From NCBI GenBank assembly GCA_973895155.1, contig OZ316897.1, positions 10,563,832-10,627,831 of the forward strand: a stretch of 64,000 nt of DNA, written 5' to 3'. Positions 48,166 to 60,680 of this stretch are shown here, in pieces. Below the pieces are notes generated by a model, which was not told the DNA's origin, ran no database searches, and saw only the letters and a list, made by a program, of their open reading frames with translations. The DNA is from Marsupella aquatica (taxonomy: Eukaryota; Plantae; Marchantiophyta). The position numbers and the translations under genes were made by a program. Each line of letters starts with the position of its first letter. The stretch's first letter is position 1.

Positions 48166-49815
48166 TGTTGGTGACATTTTCTTGCCTGCATTGCTACAAG
48201 TTAATCGGCCAAAAGCCAGATTAAGTAGAGTGCAGAAAACCAGCGACAATGGAGAATCAAACAGACAAGCAGAGACACCTACAGTAGATCTAATGGCAGA
48301 ACTAGTAGCCTTATCAAAGAGGTACAAACCAACAACCGAGACTGGAGCAAAACCAACCCAAAGTACAAGTGAGCTTGGCCGGAGAGTAACGCCCATCAGT
48401 ATCTCCACTCTGCTAGCTTACTCATTTCTCAAAGTAGACAGAGGTTTCGATCAAACACCCCCTCTTCAGGAAGCGTGAAGTGAGAACAGACAGTGCGCAC
48501 AGCAGTAGTCCAACATGGGCAAGCAATCAACGATCACTCATGCAATGTCGATACTGCAAGTGTGAGTTAGACGCACTAGGAGTAGCTCCGATTGCTGCAA
48601 GAGAGCTGTAGAAGGATATCACCTAGGATACGAGCTCAGCACCAGGATAACTTGAGTTTGGAGATTGAGATGAAGCAGACGGGGAAGAAAACAGATGATG
48701 TAGATTCGGTCTGCCCCCTCTGAACAGGCTCAACTAGAGTCCTCTGAAGGGCGTCATCTTCACATTGATTATGGAGGACTGAATGATGACAATTCGATGG
48801 TGCGGTGAAGGAGATATTACGCAGTAGAAGTAGCCAGGGCGAATCCCAGGTATACACATGGGCAGATGCAAATAGGCAAATCAGTCCGGACTTGCCACCA
48901 GGCCTTTTGAACATTGCCAGAAGCCTAACAATTTTTGACAAGATACTTTCCCGATCGATAGTGGTCACGTGTCAAATTCTTTTGGTGGTTCTTTTGAGCT
49001 TCAACTTCCTTTGAAAGGGGGGTTCTTAATAGGGGCGTTCGGACAGGTAGTAGAAAAAATTCATAAGGTGAACCTCCTGAGGTCGGAATATGAGCATTGG
49101 CAAGAGTTTGACTAAAAGAAAGATCCGAGAATCCCTCTAGTACCTTGAGAATGCTGGCCCTTAATTCTAGAGTCCACTCACTAGCAGACGTGCTATGCTT
49201 GATATCGATCAACTTCACTGCATTTCGCTTCTAGCACTTCATCATCTTCTTTAGCAAAATTATCAAAGACTTTGGGTTCTTCAGCAACATCACCACCTTC
49301 CTGACAGACATGAACATTAGCTTCGGGACGAAACTGTCGCATACCCGCAGCCTTCAGCTGCATTTGAGAAATTTCTCATCGATTTTCTTGAGGGTCACAA
49401 CCCGGGTCACAGAACCAGTGACCGGATTTACCACGTACAGTAGTTACAGGTGCCCACCGTGCAACCACGAGCGCCGGCATTGAAGCAAGGATTCCAAAAA
49501 TTATACTCATGGACCTGAATCGCATCAACATGAGCTTGAAAACAGCCCTAAACGGACAAACAGAGAGACCTAGATCTTATGGCAGAACTAACAGCCTAAT
49601 CAAAAGGTCCCCACCAACAACCGAGCCCGCAGCCAAGAAGCCGCACCAACCCAAAGTAAAAGCAAGCCTGACAGGAGAGTAACTCCCATTATCTCCACTA
49701 TGATAGCTCAGTACTGATCCTTTCTAGCTTGTAGTAGTGGTTTCAACATACAAAAGTGGTGGCACTAATTAAACTGAGTATCCTTAGTTTAATAATTATT
49801 CAACTAGTGTCTCAA
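48166..49815 (-). mobile_element. Decayed Copia-like LTR retrotransposon (LTR fragment, pol remnant, PPT, LTR)
   Basis: LTR homology to 33849-34230 at both ends; purine tract GAAGAGGGGG|TGTTT (minus) at ~48455-48468; EPKVFD..EAK..EV remnant resembling the Copia RT start. Confidence 0.6.
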
Positions 49816-50224
49816 CAGTCCTGCCAGCTTGTACCACAAAATTGCTCTAAACTAGTAGTACGGACTCCTCTCCCCTGCCTCCGATAGGCTCGCTCTAGCA
49901 CAGCCTTGCGAAACATAATGAAATTCAAATGGCAACATTATTTAATCAATCATAGTGAATATCAGGAAAGTATGAAATGAATCTTTACTGATCTGGAAAT
50001 CCCTTGAGCATATGCTGGGATGAAGGCATGCATACAAATTTCGTGCCACTAAACTGTCCACCAAAGAACTGAGTATCTTTATTTAACTGGTGCCTCAACA
50101 CTACTGCTAGCTTGTAGCTCAATATTTCTTAATATTGCTCTAAACTGGTTCGGCAGACTCCCCTACCTCAGCTAGGCTAAACCTTGCACAACATACGTGA
50201 GCACCTACCGTCTAATAAGCCAAC

Positions 50225-51676
50225 TCAATTCCGACGACGAATATTGATTGGGTATCCTCCTACTGGTGACGGGTAGAAAATGTACTCCTTACCCATATCC
50301 AGTGCTATACTCTCATATGTATAGGTTGTGGTAAAATGATGAATAAAAACGAGAAACAGCAGCTTTGCAAATTCTGTCCCTGGGCACATGTGAGGTCCAG
50401 CACCAAATGGCAAGAACGTGTATGGTCTAGGCGTGGTGTCGAATCGGTCTGGGTTAAAACTTTCAGGATCAGAATGAAACTCAGGATTTGCATGAAAGAA
50501 ATTGTGCAGCGGGATCACTAACCAACCCTTCGGTATTAGGTGACCTTCGTACTCTACATCACGAGTGGACTGCCTTGCCACAACAGGAGCGATTGAAAGA
50601 ATTCTCTGTAATTCTTGAAACAACTTTTTAGCGTAGATCATTTTGGACGTGTCTTCCCAAGACAGTCTGGTTCTCTCTTTCGACTGATCGATGTTTCTAA
50701 GAATTTCCTGCTGCTCAGCCTGAACACAATGATAGACGTCTGGATTCTCGTACAGATACTTGAGGGCCCATGTAAGAGTAGTGGAGGTATTGTCAATAGC
50801 AGCAAAAAACAGTAAAACAATATTATCAGCTATTGTATCGTCATTTAGATGGGTCTCGTCTCCTAGCGCTTGAATACTCTCTTGAGAAGCTAGAAAAACT
50901 CCCAACATATCGGCTGCCTGAGTATCGTGTTGAGCCCTTCTCCTTAGTATGAGTTCCTTGATGTATCGCGACAAAGCTGCCTTTGCCTTCGTGCCTTTGT
51001 TAAAAGTTGTCCCGGGAAGATTCAATGGAAATGAACCCAAAGCCTTGTTCAAATGCTTGAAGTTTTCTTGAAAAGTCCTTCCTTCCGGAGTGCTACTGAC
51101 TTTCTCCATTCCGAGTAAAAACCACATGCTTACATCCAACGTCATCTTTTTGGTCGCGTCTCTCGTGTTAACGGTCCCTCGTTCAGCCCAGGACGTCAGA
51201 TTCTCAAGAACAATGGCCTCGAGGACATCAACTTTCGTACGCAGAGCCTCTGGAAGAAGCGCTTTCTGGATGAGCCTCTTGAGTGACACATGCCGAGGAC
51301 CATCTTGAAACAAGACTGATTTCGGACCGAGAACTTGCCGTGAACTTGGTGGAGCTCCATTTATGAAGAGTTCAGTGTCGTTGAGGACAAATTTCGCGAA
51401 CTCCGGAGTCGCTCCCAGTATCGCAGGCTTGAAAGATAGACAAGACTTGAAAACGTTTCCATGTCTGTCGACGTGTGAAGAAGCGTATAATGCAGGATTA
51501 GTGGCAAAAGCAATTGACTCTCCTATAATCGGCCAACCGAACGAACCTTGGGGAAGCTGAGCACCAGACTTGAATGATGCAGACCAGCTCGGACTCCAAT
51601 GTTGGAGCAAAAGCAGAAGAATTGCACCCAAGACCAATGCCAGAGCTATTGACAACGCGAACACTGGATCCATCAT
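50225..51676 (-). CDS. Cytochrome P450, CYP85 clan (CYP707A-like), intronless, 483 aa
   Basis: N-terminal TM anchor, LPQGSFGWPIIGES, I-helix FFAAIDNTS, ELQR (ExxR), FNPDRF and heme motif [11 protein letters not shown]. Confidence 0.95.
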   Translation of the reverse strand: MMDPVFALSIALALVLGAILLLLLQHWSPSWSASFKSGAQLPQGSFGWPIIGESIAFATNPALYASSHVDRHGNVFKSCLSFKPAILGATPEFAKFVLNDTELFINGAPPSSRQVLGPKSVLFQDGPRHVSLKRLIQKALLPEALRTKVDVLEAIVLENLTSWAERGTVNTRDATKKMTLDVSMWFLLGMEKVSSTPEGRTFQENFKHLNKALGSFPLNLPGTTFNKGTKAKAALSRYIKELILRRRAQHDTQAADMLGVFLASQESIQALGDETHLNDDTIADNIVLLFFAAIDNTSTTLTWALKYLYENPDVYHCVQAEQQEILRNIDQSKERTRLSWEDTSKMIYAKKLFQELQRILSIAPVVARQSTRDVEYEGHLIPKGWLVIPLHNFFHANPEFHSDPESFNPDRFDTTPRPYTFLPFGAGPHMCPGTEFAKLLFLVFIHHFTTTYTYESIALDMGKEYIFYPSPVGGYPINIRRRN

Positions 51677-51814
51677 TCACGTACGTCGGTAGAGCAATAG
51701 ATCTACAGGACAACTCACTCGAGATTAACACAATAGTTCGACGCACACACGCAATTTATACTCTGCAGAGAAGAGTCCCTTTCGTGACTCCTGCCAACAT
51801 AGATCAATAAAGTA

Positions 51815-52978
51815 CACTCTTTACAGTATTTAGTCTCACGAAACAATTAGTGTCACACACACTAATTAGGGGTATCCCTTGATTTTCAGCCAACTGACAC
51901 TATTTATCGTCACCTTCAATTTTGAAAAAAAAAAATTTTAAAAATATTGATAATTAGTGATAACAATATAATTGGTGGTAACCCTAAACTAGACTCACTC
52001 CAAAGTTATCCAGACTTTCAATGACATCTCTGTGTGCGTATGTTTTTAGAAAATTTCCTTTGTATTTTAGCTGGTCAGTCTTTGTGAAAGGAGAGTAACA
52101 GAGCGATAACATGGCGGGATATGGATCACCCATCATAGCTGGATTTGCTAGAGTAAGGGAAAGAGAATCAAGATTATGTCAACATGTCACTGGTAATTAA
52201 TTTGCGTCTCCTTTGGCTTTTCCTTGCTGCAAGACCCACAAAATGTTTTTAAGTGTATCGAAAGAGTCTGTTCTTTTCTTGAAGCAACTTGTGAAATGTT
52301 CGTTCTGTACTTTACGTCTCATTATGATCAACTTACACCTGAGCTTCAAAATATCATAGTATAGTATCGAGTGAATTTTGAAGGGAGTCGAGTTGGCCTT
52401 GATATTCATGCTACTGTTGAAGTGGCTCCTAAAGTTGGTGAACCAGGTGAAGAGCCAGCTCAACCCACTTCTCTTGGGGCTGTATGCTGTCTTGCAAGGA
52501 TGAGACACAGGGGACAGGTTGAAAGAGAGTGAACAGGATATAGTTTGTAACTTATGTGAGACAACATATGTTATTCATAATTGATAGAAGTGAATCAAAC
52601 ATATCTTGCTTGCTCAATGTGGTTGAGTACCTCAAACTATAATTTTGTGCTATGTGAAAAGAGTTATAAATGTCTGAAGTTTGCTCAATGTTCAGTAGTA
52701 TTAGTATATGGAAAGAGTTATAAGTTTCTGAAGTTTGCTCAGTAGTAAATTTTGTAAAGTGTAATCAAATATTGTGCACATTTTTCATTTTTTTATAAGC
52801 AAATTTTGACTATAGTCTATTCTATTTTTTTAACTTAAGTGTACATGTGACACTATTTGACTTGTGATCACAATTAGTGTCATACCATATTAGTGTCACA
52901 CACCCTAATTACCATCACTTACCTCAAATATAACCTCACAGTAATTAGAGTGTGTGAGACTAAATACTGTAAAGAGTG
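51815..52978. mobile_element. Tc1/mariner-type non-autonomous element (TA TSD) ~140 bp upstream of the P450 start
   Basis: Perfect 25-bp TIR CACTCTTTACAGTATTTAGTCTCAC, flanked by TA on both sides; absent from the paralogous upstream region (~46250-46280). Confidence 0.9.
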
Positions 52979-52979
52979 T

Positions 52980-53860
52980 AGCTCCAAATTAATACCTCTA
53001 GGCCGGAGCAACAGTAGCTAGCTCGTGAGCATGGGATAATTCATGTAAGCCAGTAACAATAATTATAACTTAACCTGTTTGTTTCCAAAAGCGTCGTCGA
53101 TCACAAATTGCCCAGCAAATGATTTAAAGTAATAAGAATCATACCCATTTCTGTGTCAAACGCGTCGTCCAGCACAAGATTTAAAAGTTGGTCGGAAAAG
53201 GCAACGACGCAAGATGTATAACGTAAGTCGATTCCATAAGTGCACAACGAGATCAATATATGTCGGGCCAATCACAAAATTAAACTGAATGCTAGACTCC
53301 AACAGTTCGTCGTATGAGTAACTAGATTCGTTATTATCACAGGTGGAAGAGCAGAAATGAAATGAGGATGTTCGAGTGAAATGAGGATGTTCGAGTATAT
53401 CTGTCTAGAATGCCGCAGAGAGGAAAGACACTGCCAAGGATGATCACCTGGACCACGCCAGAATTTAGTGTCCCTAAATGCTTGTCCCTAAATGCTCCGT
53501 AGGGCATGAAGAAGATGGCGAGAAGTTGAGTTCAAATGGCCTACTTCGAAAAGTCGAGAGTGCGAAATTTCACTGGGTATATCTTCAGGCGTTTACAGCT
53601 ATGTGTATACACCAATACTTCCGAATCTTCTCGATATAGAGTACAGACCCATGTCCCAAGTCTTTGGGTATTTCAAATCAGATACTGTCACGAGTCAAAT
53701 GAATATAAAGTCCGCTAAGGATAACAGGAGACGTGTACAGATTTGCATATACACCGATACATCCGAATCTTGTCGGTATAGACACTTACCCACTTCCCCA
53801 TGTCTCCAGTAACTTAAATTAGATATTGTCTCGATTCTACTGAATATAGTAAGTTTTGGG
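52980..53860. repeat. Segmental duplication: upstream region of the intact P450, homologous to ~46270-47090
   Basis: Collinear matches, e.g. CAGTAGCTAGC.CGTGAGCATG and GATCACC..GACCACGC..G.ATTTAGTGTCCCTAAATGCT. Confidence 0.9.
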
Positions 53861-53869
53861 TGTATTTTT

Positions 53870-54110
53870 TCGAGGCTGTTATATGGTGGGACACTCTTTA
53901 GCTATCTTGTTTCATTCAATTTGATTTAAATGTATTTTTATGTTCATTTGCCCTAGTCCATACTTTAGCTATGTAGTATTTAGAAGTTAATCATTTTTGG
54001 CAGCCCCTTTAACTTTTTTAATGTCCTTACTTTTTATTAGGTTTCCTCCTATTTTTCTTAGAGTTTTGAGAGGCATATTTCCTTACCTGCATGAGAGAAG
54101 GTTCAACCGG
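53870..54110. repeat. Dispersed ~240-bp repeat with an inverted copy at ~57570-57810
   Basis: CCTTACCTGCATGAGAGAAGGTTC vs GAACCTTCTCATGCAAGTAAGG; GACACTCTTT vs AAAGAGTGTC. Confidence 0.7.
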
Positions 54111-54729
54111 TCAACCAAACAACTAGTACACTATTCATTGATGAGTGCACCTTATATACCATTGGTTATAAAATTTACATTGTTCATGGTTTATTGATGA
54201 ACAGGTGTCACCTAAATAGAGAGCCCCAGCCAAAAGTTCAAAAAAATGAAATTGAGTAGTTCAGGCCCTTGTCTTTGAGTTGAATCATAAAGTGTTGCTG
54301 TACTTATACAAGTACACTGACTAATATCTTGAAATTAATGCACATGTCTTCAAATATTATATTTTTCTCATTTTTAAAAAGGTGTGCATTAACTTTCTTA
54401 TAGCTATCTTCAATACTGGTTTTTTATAAACTAGTTAATTCTTTTAGATAAGTCAAAATAGGCATATAGTAGAATGAACATGCTATATAAGTTTTGGGTG
54501 GAGTTTTTTTGTTTGTACAGAATTACTCACATCCTCTTTACATGTTTTCACGGCATTTGTGGCATGCTGTCCCAATGACAACAGGGTTTAAGTTCAAATT
54601 TTGAGGGACTATATGGCTTGCACTATACTGGAACATAATAAATTGTTTTTTCTTGGAATGTGATAAAATAATATTTATCTTATCTTAATCAGTTGAATTA
54701 AGTGAATTATTTTTAAAAGTAATAATAAC

Positions 54730-54990
54730 CAACCATTTCTTTCAGTGGCTAAACTTTGCTAAATTTCACCTCCCCAAAAAACTTTTGCCATTATGGGCTA
54801 GTATTTTTCTGTCTTATTAGCAGTGTTCCACCTAATCACATGTCCCAGAAGGCAGAATCTAATGGTCATCCTTAAATGTAGGGAAATAGGACGGTCAGGA
54901 AATGACAAAATAAGGGATATTTTTTCTGAGCATCTTCGCTTTCACATACTGGACATTAGCCACTGGCAAAAAAGAAAAAACCTTAAAAAA
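54730..54990. repeat. Dispersed repeat family: direct copy at ~59630-59860, inverted copy at ~58360-58640
   Basis: Shared TGTTCCACCTAATC...CAGAATCTAAT.GTCA.CCTTAAAT...TGAGCATCTT. Confidence 0.7.
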
Positions 54991-57900
54991 TACACTGATA
55001 AAAACAAAGTCACTGTCTAAAAGTGCAGGTCCTTGGGGAACAAGGGAATAAATAACATCTATGCCAATGATGACTAGATTGTGTGTGTGTGTGTGTGGTG
55101 TAGGTCAAGATACTTAGTGCAAAGCCAAATAGTCACTAAGAGGACTGCAACACATGCCAAATAGTGCAAAGCCAAATAGTCACTGAGAGGACTGCGACAC
55201 ATGATTGATGGTAGCCATTGCCCAGGACTCCGGACACCATGTATATAAGACAAATTAATATGCTTCCACTGCAGGATGGTGTTCTAATCAGGTAAGGGGT
55301 TGATCTGGTATTTTCTAGTGCTCGAGTTTGGGCCCTTGGTGACATGTTCAATGAAGGTTCTTCTGGCAAGAATAACATTTTTATTATTGTCAATGTTTCA
55401 GGCCATGCTGCAGCCAAGGCAACCTGGCTGAATTAAGGGGGAGGCATATGCCCTAGGAATCACATGTTTGATTATTAGTGAAGGCAAAAAAAAAGTTACT
55501 GATACATGTTTGATCATTAGAATGCCCTGCAAACAAATGAAGGTTATTTTTTTTATTCCATCATGCTACCACTCATAACCAAACCCAAAGCACCTTAATA
55601 ATCTAGTTTTGGCCAAATCTTATTTATTGAGATTCAACAAGGTATTTCTAAATTTTGATAGTCATAAAATAAAGTATACGGAGGGTTTGGGGGGATTTTT
55701 TTGTTTCATTTTTAAGATTGGTATTTTTTAATTAATGTCTTGAATTATAAATTAATAAGAATTTTTACTTTGTTTCACAGTTGTGGCGTTTTACACTAAA
55801 TGATTCCTCAGGATGCATATGCTTCTTGGTACCTTGGGGATCTGTTTTACCAAGCTAGCTTTGGAGATCTTTGGGTCTCTTTGCGTGATCTTTGAGTGTT
55901 TCCTTCCAGCCGACATAGTTTTTTACGTTCAGCAAATCCCCTATCCCCTATTTGGTACTTACTAGCTTCTTTTGGCACCAGATCTCAATCGCTCTACATA
56001 GGTGTGAGGGCCCGTGTGAGGGATTCACTGTCCGTTGTCAAGCTGAGGCACTTGGTTTTTGGTACTGTAGTCAAGTCCCTTTTCATCACACTCCTATGTA
56101 GTTGACTTTGGAGCACTACCGGGCTTCTCAGTTTCTTTGCCTTGGTTTTGGCACTCTAGTCAAATCCTTCTTCATCACACTCCTATGCAGTTGATTTTGG
56201 AGCTCTACCAGGCTTCTCAGTTTGTTTGCACAGTAGGGTTCTGATGATAACATGTTCATCCTCAAAAATGCTTTAGTTTTGTCGTGTAGTGATGTAATTA
56301 TTGCATAATATTGGATAGGATTGAGTAGGAAAAATGCAGCATACGCCAAAGAAAAGTACAGTACATCTTACATAATGACCAGTGAAAAGTACAAGTGCAC
56401 AAATATTGAAAAATTGAGCACATATGGTACAGATTCACACTTGTTTTAATGACGCTCAAATGAGTCTAGAATTGTGCACATATAGTCCAGAAGATACTCC
56501 CTTGCCTAAGAACCATGAGCTTGGCAAATAAGAGTATGAGAAGGACTTAAAGTAGTAGGAGGACTTAGGAGTACTTTCCAAGACGTGGGGGGCACTTGGG
56601 AGTTTTTTTCACCAAAGCAAATTGGAGGGCCATTGCACACACTAAACATAGTGTCCTGGGGCTAAAATCATTTTTTGAATCCTTTTATTGCCCCCAAGGT
56701 CTTGTAAAGCCAAGTGTAGCCAACTGTGCCAGATTAATTGACTAAAAGACAGATTGAGGACTCACTCCACCTGATTTCTCATCATCTTTGGCTAAAGTCT
56801 TGTACATATGAGAAGAGAAGATCTTATGAAAGACTTGTGGGTCCCTATTTAATGCAAATGACTTAAAATAGAAATGGACCAAGAGGCCAGAAAAAAAGAC
56901 CACCAAGAGAGGTGGTCTAAAATTTAGGACAAAAGAATGTTCCACATAAACAAAAAAAATTGGGCCCCACTACATTCCATGTAGGATTGGTAACAGGTTC
57001 GGTTGAAAGTGCCCCCAATGTCTTGTAAAGTGAACAGTTTCTCCCAAATGGATGGCTCTGATCAGATCTTGGAGACAAACCAAAAAAAATGGAAACTGCC
57101 CCCAAGGTCTTGTAAAGCCACCCTTAAAGCAGGAGGAGTCTACTTCTCAAATTACCAATTCTCTATCATTCACTAGAATTGCAAGAAATTCCATAAAATC
57201 TGCTTAACAGTGCAAATGCATTGCATTGAAAACTAAATGTAGTGGGGAAGGAGAGCTATAGCACAGGAACATAAAAAAAACTTAGAGGGGTGCCAAAGCA
57301 GTCTAAGATGTAGATTACACATGTGATGCACATTGTTGTGGCATATTGAGGTAAAAACATGTGAGAAAAATTCTTAGTAAGACAAATAACATTGAAAGGT
57401 GGATTGAACATATAGCACGGTCATTTGCACAGTAGGGTTCTGACTAGCACTTTTGCTATTGGAGTCTAGGGCTTTCTGGCTCGGGGCATTTTTGCTTTTT
57501 GGTATTCCAACATTCTTGTTTCAATAAACAGAATACTAGTTGCTTCCTGGGAGTTGCTTGGTTAAGGGTAGAACCTTCTCATGCAAGTAAGGAAAAATGT
57601 CCCTTAAAATGATAAATAGAATATAGGAAACTTAATAAAAACTAATAAAATGATAAAAATTGAAGGGGTTGCCAAAAATGACTAAATTATAAGTGTCACA
57701 TGGTTAAAGCATAGTTAGACCACATTAACATAAAAATACATTGCAAACAACTTGAATGAGACCAGATAACCAAAGAGTGTCGTGCGATTTTGCAATATAG
57801 TGCCTTAAAAAAATCTGCATTTACTTTGCAATCTCCATAAAGGGGTTACAAGGAGAAAATCAAACCTTGCGACGAACCACCCGTCGCTACAGTAGACGTT

Positions 57901-58650
57901 CAATGCAATTAGTGTCATCGCTCCAAATGGTCTACTTCTCAAATGGAAGGTTACCGTGAGGCTTCCCGAGTTTGACTCGGAAAAGGGTTAATAAAAAAAG
58001 ACAAGGCCAGAAGATTGAATTCAATTGAACTCGGTCCGATTTGAAATGGATCGAGCTCCTGTGAGCAAAGAAATCCGCTAGTTTCGGTCCGATAAACAGG
58101 TTTGGCAGCTGCGTGTGACAACCGGGAATCTCGTGTGCTGCAATAGTAGAGTAGGTGACAATCAGATCGAATTCGAGCATGACCAACGCCGGGTGTAGGG
58201 CCGACACTACAGCACCATATCTGGACATTTGTGTTATGAATGTTTTACGACCAGCTTATCATGCTTATGACTCGCCGCTGATCAAGTAAGTAGTGGTGCC
58301 ATGAGCCATGGATTTACCAAGAAGGCAAGAAGTCCAGGACAGCGTATGTTTTAAGGTTTTTTAAATTCTAGCCAATGTGGCTTATTTTTAGCCAGTGTGG
58401 TGACTCAGGGAGGAGGTGCTAGGAATTATTATTTTTATTTTTTCTTAGATCATATCTTGACGGTCAGATATCCCTAGATTTATGGATAACCATGAGATTC
58501 TGGCAAATAGAGTCCATGATTTGGTGGAAAAGTGGCTAATGGCATACAGAAACTATAGGGAATGTTAACCAAAAGTGGGGAACACTTTTTGGGGAGATGG
58601 AATTTGGCTAAATTTTGCACTTAAAAAATAAGCTGGTCCAGGACACCTGA

Positions 58651-58800
58651 GAAGCTAGAGAGTCTCCAACAAGAGCAAAGTCACCCAAAGCCTACAAGGG
58701 AAGCTAGAGAGACTCCTCCAAGAGCACAAGAATCAAATAGCCTACCAAGGAAGCTAGAGAGTCTCCAACAAGAGCAAAAGCACAAAAAGCCTACAAAGGA
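58651..58800. repeat. Tandem repeat, 3 x ~50 bp
   Basis: GAAGCTAGAGAGTCTCCAACAAGAGCA...AGCCTAC.AGG x3. Confidence 0.85.
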
Positions 58801-59887
58801 ACAGACTGAAGTATTCTAGGATGAAGTCGTCGAGTGTTTCTGGTCTGGACAAATTCTACAGTTGACCTTCAATCTTAGACTATATTCTGGGCGTCGTTCG
58901 GTGGATTTGGCCAAGAAACGTGGAAAAGTTCTACCGTCCTTCTCATCATTAGGGTGGACAATGGTCTCCCACTTGCAGATTTACTGATTTAGACATTTAG
59001 TCACCACACTAGATGTGTACTATTAACTCTAGGTACGTTTACTTTAGATGTGAGCATTGTAGTAAGTTGATCCCTCTGCCACGTTAGCAAATTTTCCCCT
59101 TTCTTTTATTCTTTTTGTTTCAAGGTTGCACTTGCTTCAATCTTTTGAGTTTGTTCTCCTTGGACTTCTTTTGTTTGGCTCTTTCTATGTAATATTTTTT
59201 TTTTTAACTTTTCATGAAAATGAGGGCCATTTGTGAAGGGTGAGGGAAGAAACTCAGGGTCAAATAATTACAGTTTTAGAGTATTAAACACTAAGTCGAT
59301 TTGCATTAGAATGTGACTTGTTTTATAATTATGTTGCCTGTTCAAACTTCCAATTGGTGAGTAGCAGGTACTGAGTTCAGATCTTGAGTAGTAAATGTGG
59401 GTTTTTTTCTCAGAAACAAATTAATAGACACTTTTGACGGTAGGAAACCATGGTGGAACCCAGGTTCCCCCTAACGTTTTCATTTGGCCACTTGGTTGCA
59501 TTCCTATTGGGAGTCTTTTGTACTAAAACTGGACCCACAAGTCTTTGGGGAGGAGTGGGTCCCTAACTTGTCTCTTAGCAAATTACTTCTAGCACCATTG
59601 TTTACAAGCCCTTTGGGTCCAGTGTTGTTTTTAGTGGCCAAAATTTGTCAAAGTACGCCTCCCCAAAAATTCGCTACTATTTTGCTGTCTCATTAGCTAT
59701 TGTTCCACCTAATCCCAGGCCCCATTAGCCAGAATCTAATAGTCAGCCTTAAATCTAAAGAGATCTGACAGTCAAGAAAATAATTGAATAGTGAATCTTT
59801 TGAGCATCTTCTCCTTCACACACTATACATTCGCCACTGGTGAAAAAGTAAAATCCTTACAAAAATACTCTGCTTGAGTCCCATAAA

Positions 59888-59927
59888 GGACCCAGACCGG
59901 CTAAACTCTTTTAGCCGGTCTGGGTCC
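59888..59927. repeat. Perfect 18-bp-arm hairpin
   Basis: GGACCCAGACCGGCTAAA-CTCT-TTTAGCCGGTCTGGGTCC. Confidence 0.9.
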
Positions 59928-60494
59928 GATAAAAGGATATTCCAAAAACTCATTTAGCCGGCTACATTACTTTAGTATTTGAAATAGCCCTACAAAGTGC
60001 TACCAAAAAGTTTACAAGTGCCTCCCCCATCTTGTAAAGCCACCCTAAAGCCTTCACATTCCGTCCTGCCTAGCTCATCCACCCTTCCTGCCATCTTTTC
60101 TAATTTAATCACATCTCCAACGTTTAAGAGTTGGCCCTTCACCAGGGTAATCTTTAAGCTTTTTCTGCCAGTTTGGCAAATGTATATAAGCCTCTATAGA
60201 AGAACTTCTTGGACTTTAATTGCTAAGATAGATCTGCCTAGTGAGATCAAAGGATGGCCTTGAGGTTTGGGCTACTAGGGTCTACAGCTAGGTGGAAAAC
60301 TGGCTCATGGGAACAACAGGTTTATCGAGACTAAGGGAGAACTTTACAAGAATCCTTCATACTAAGCTTGACTTTACAGTTTTTCTGGTGTTCCTTGTTT
60401 GGTCCTACTCAAGTTATTTTGTCTTAATTCAAAATTTTCTATATGTATTTTCAATCTTGCCCATGATTATTTCTTAGAATATATAGCTTTTATC

Positions 60495-60680
60495 CAAGAA
60501 AAGATTTAACAGGACCCCTATGGCATCTCCTGCATGGACTTAACAGTCCAGCAAGATGCCATAAAGACTTAACAAGATCCCTGTGACTGCCTATTTTGCC
60601 CAGGTCTTCATGGCGTCTTACTCACAAGGGTCTGGTTAAGTCCAAGAAATGCCAGAGGGGTCCCGTTAAGTGTTTTCTTG
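60495..60680. mobile_element. Mutator-like MITE, copy 2
   Basis: Same TIR and internal sequence as 1273-1429; perfect 9-bp TSD GCTTTTATC (60486-60494, 60681-60689). Confidence 0.9.
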
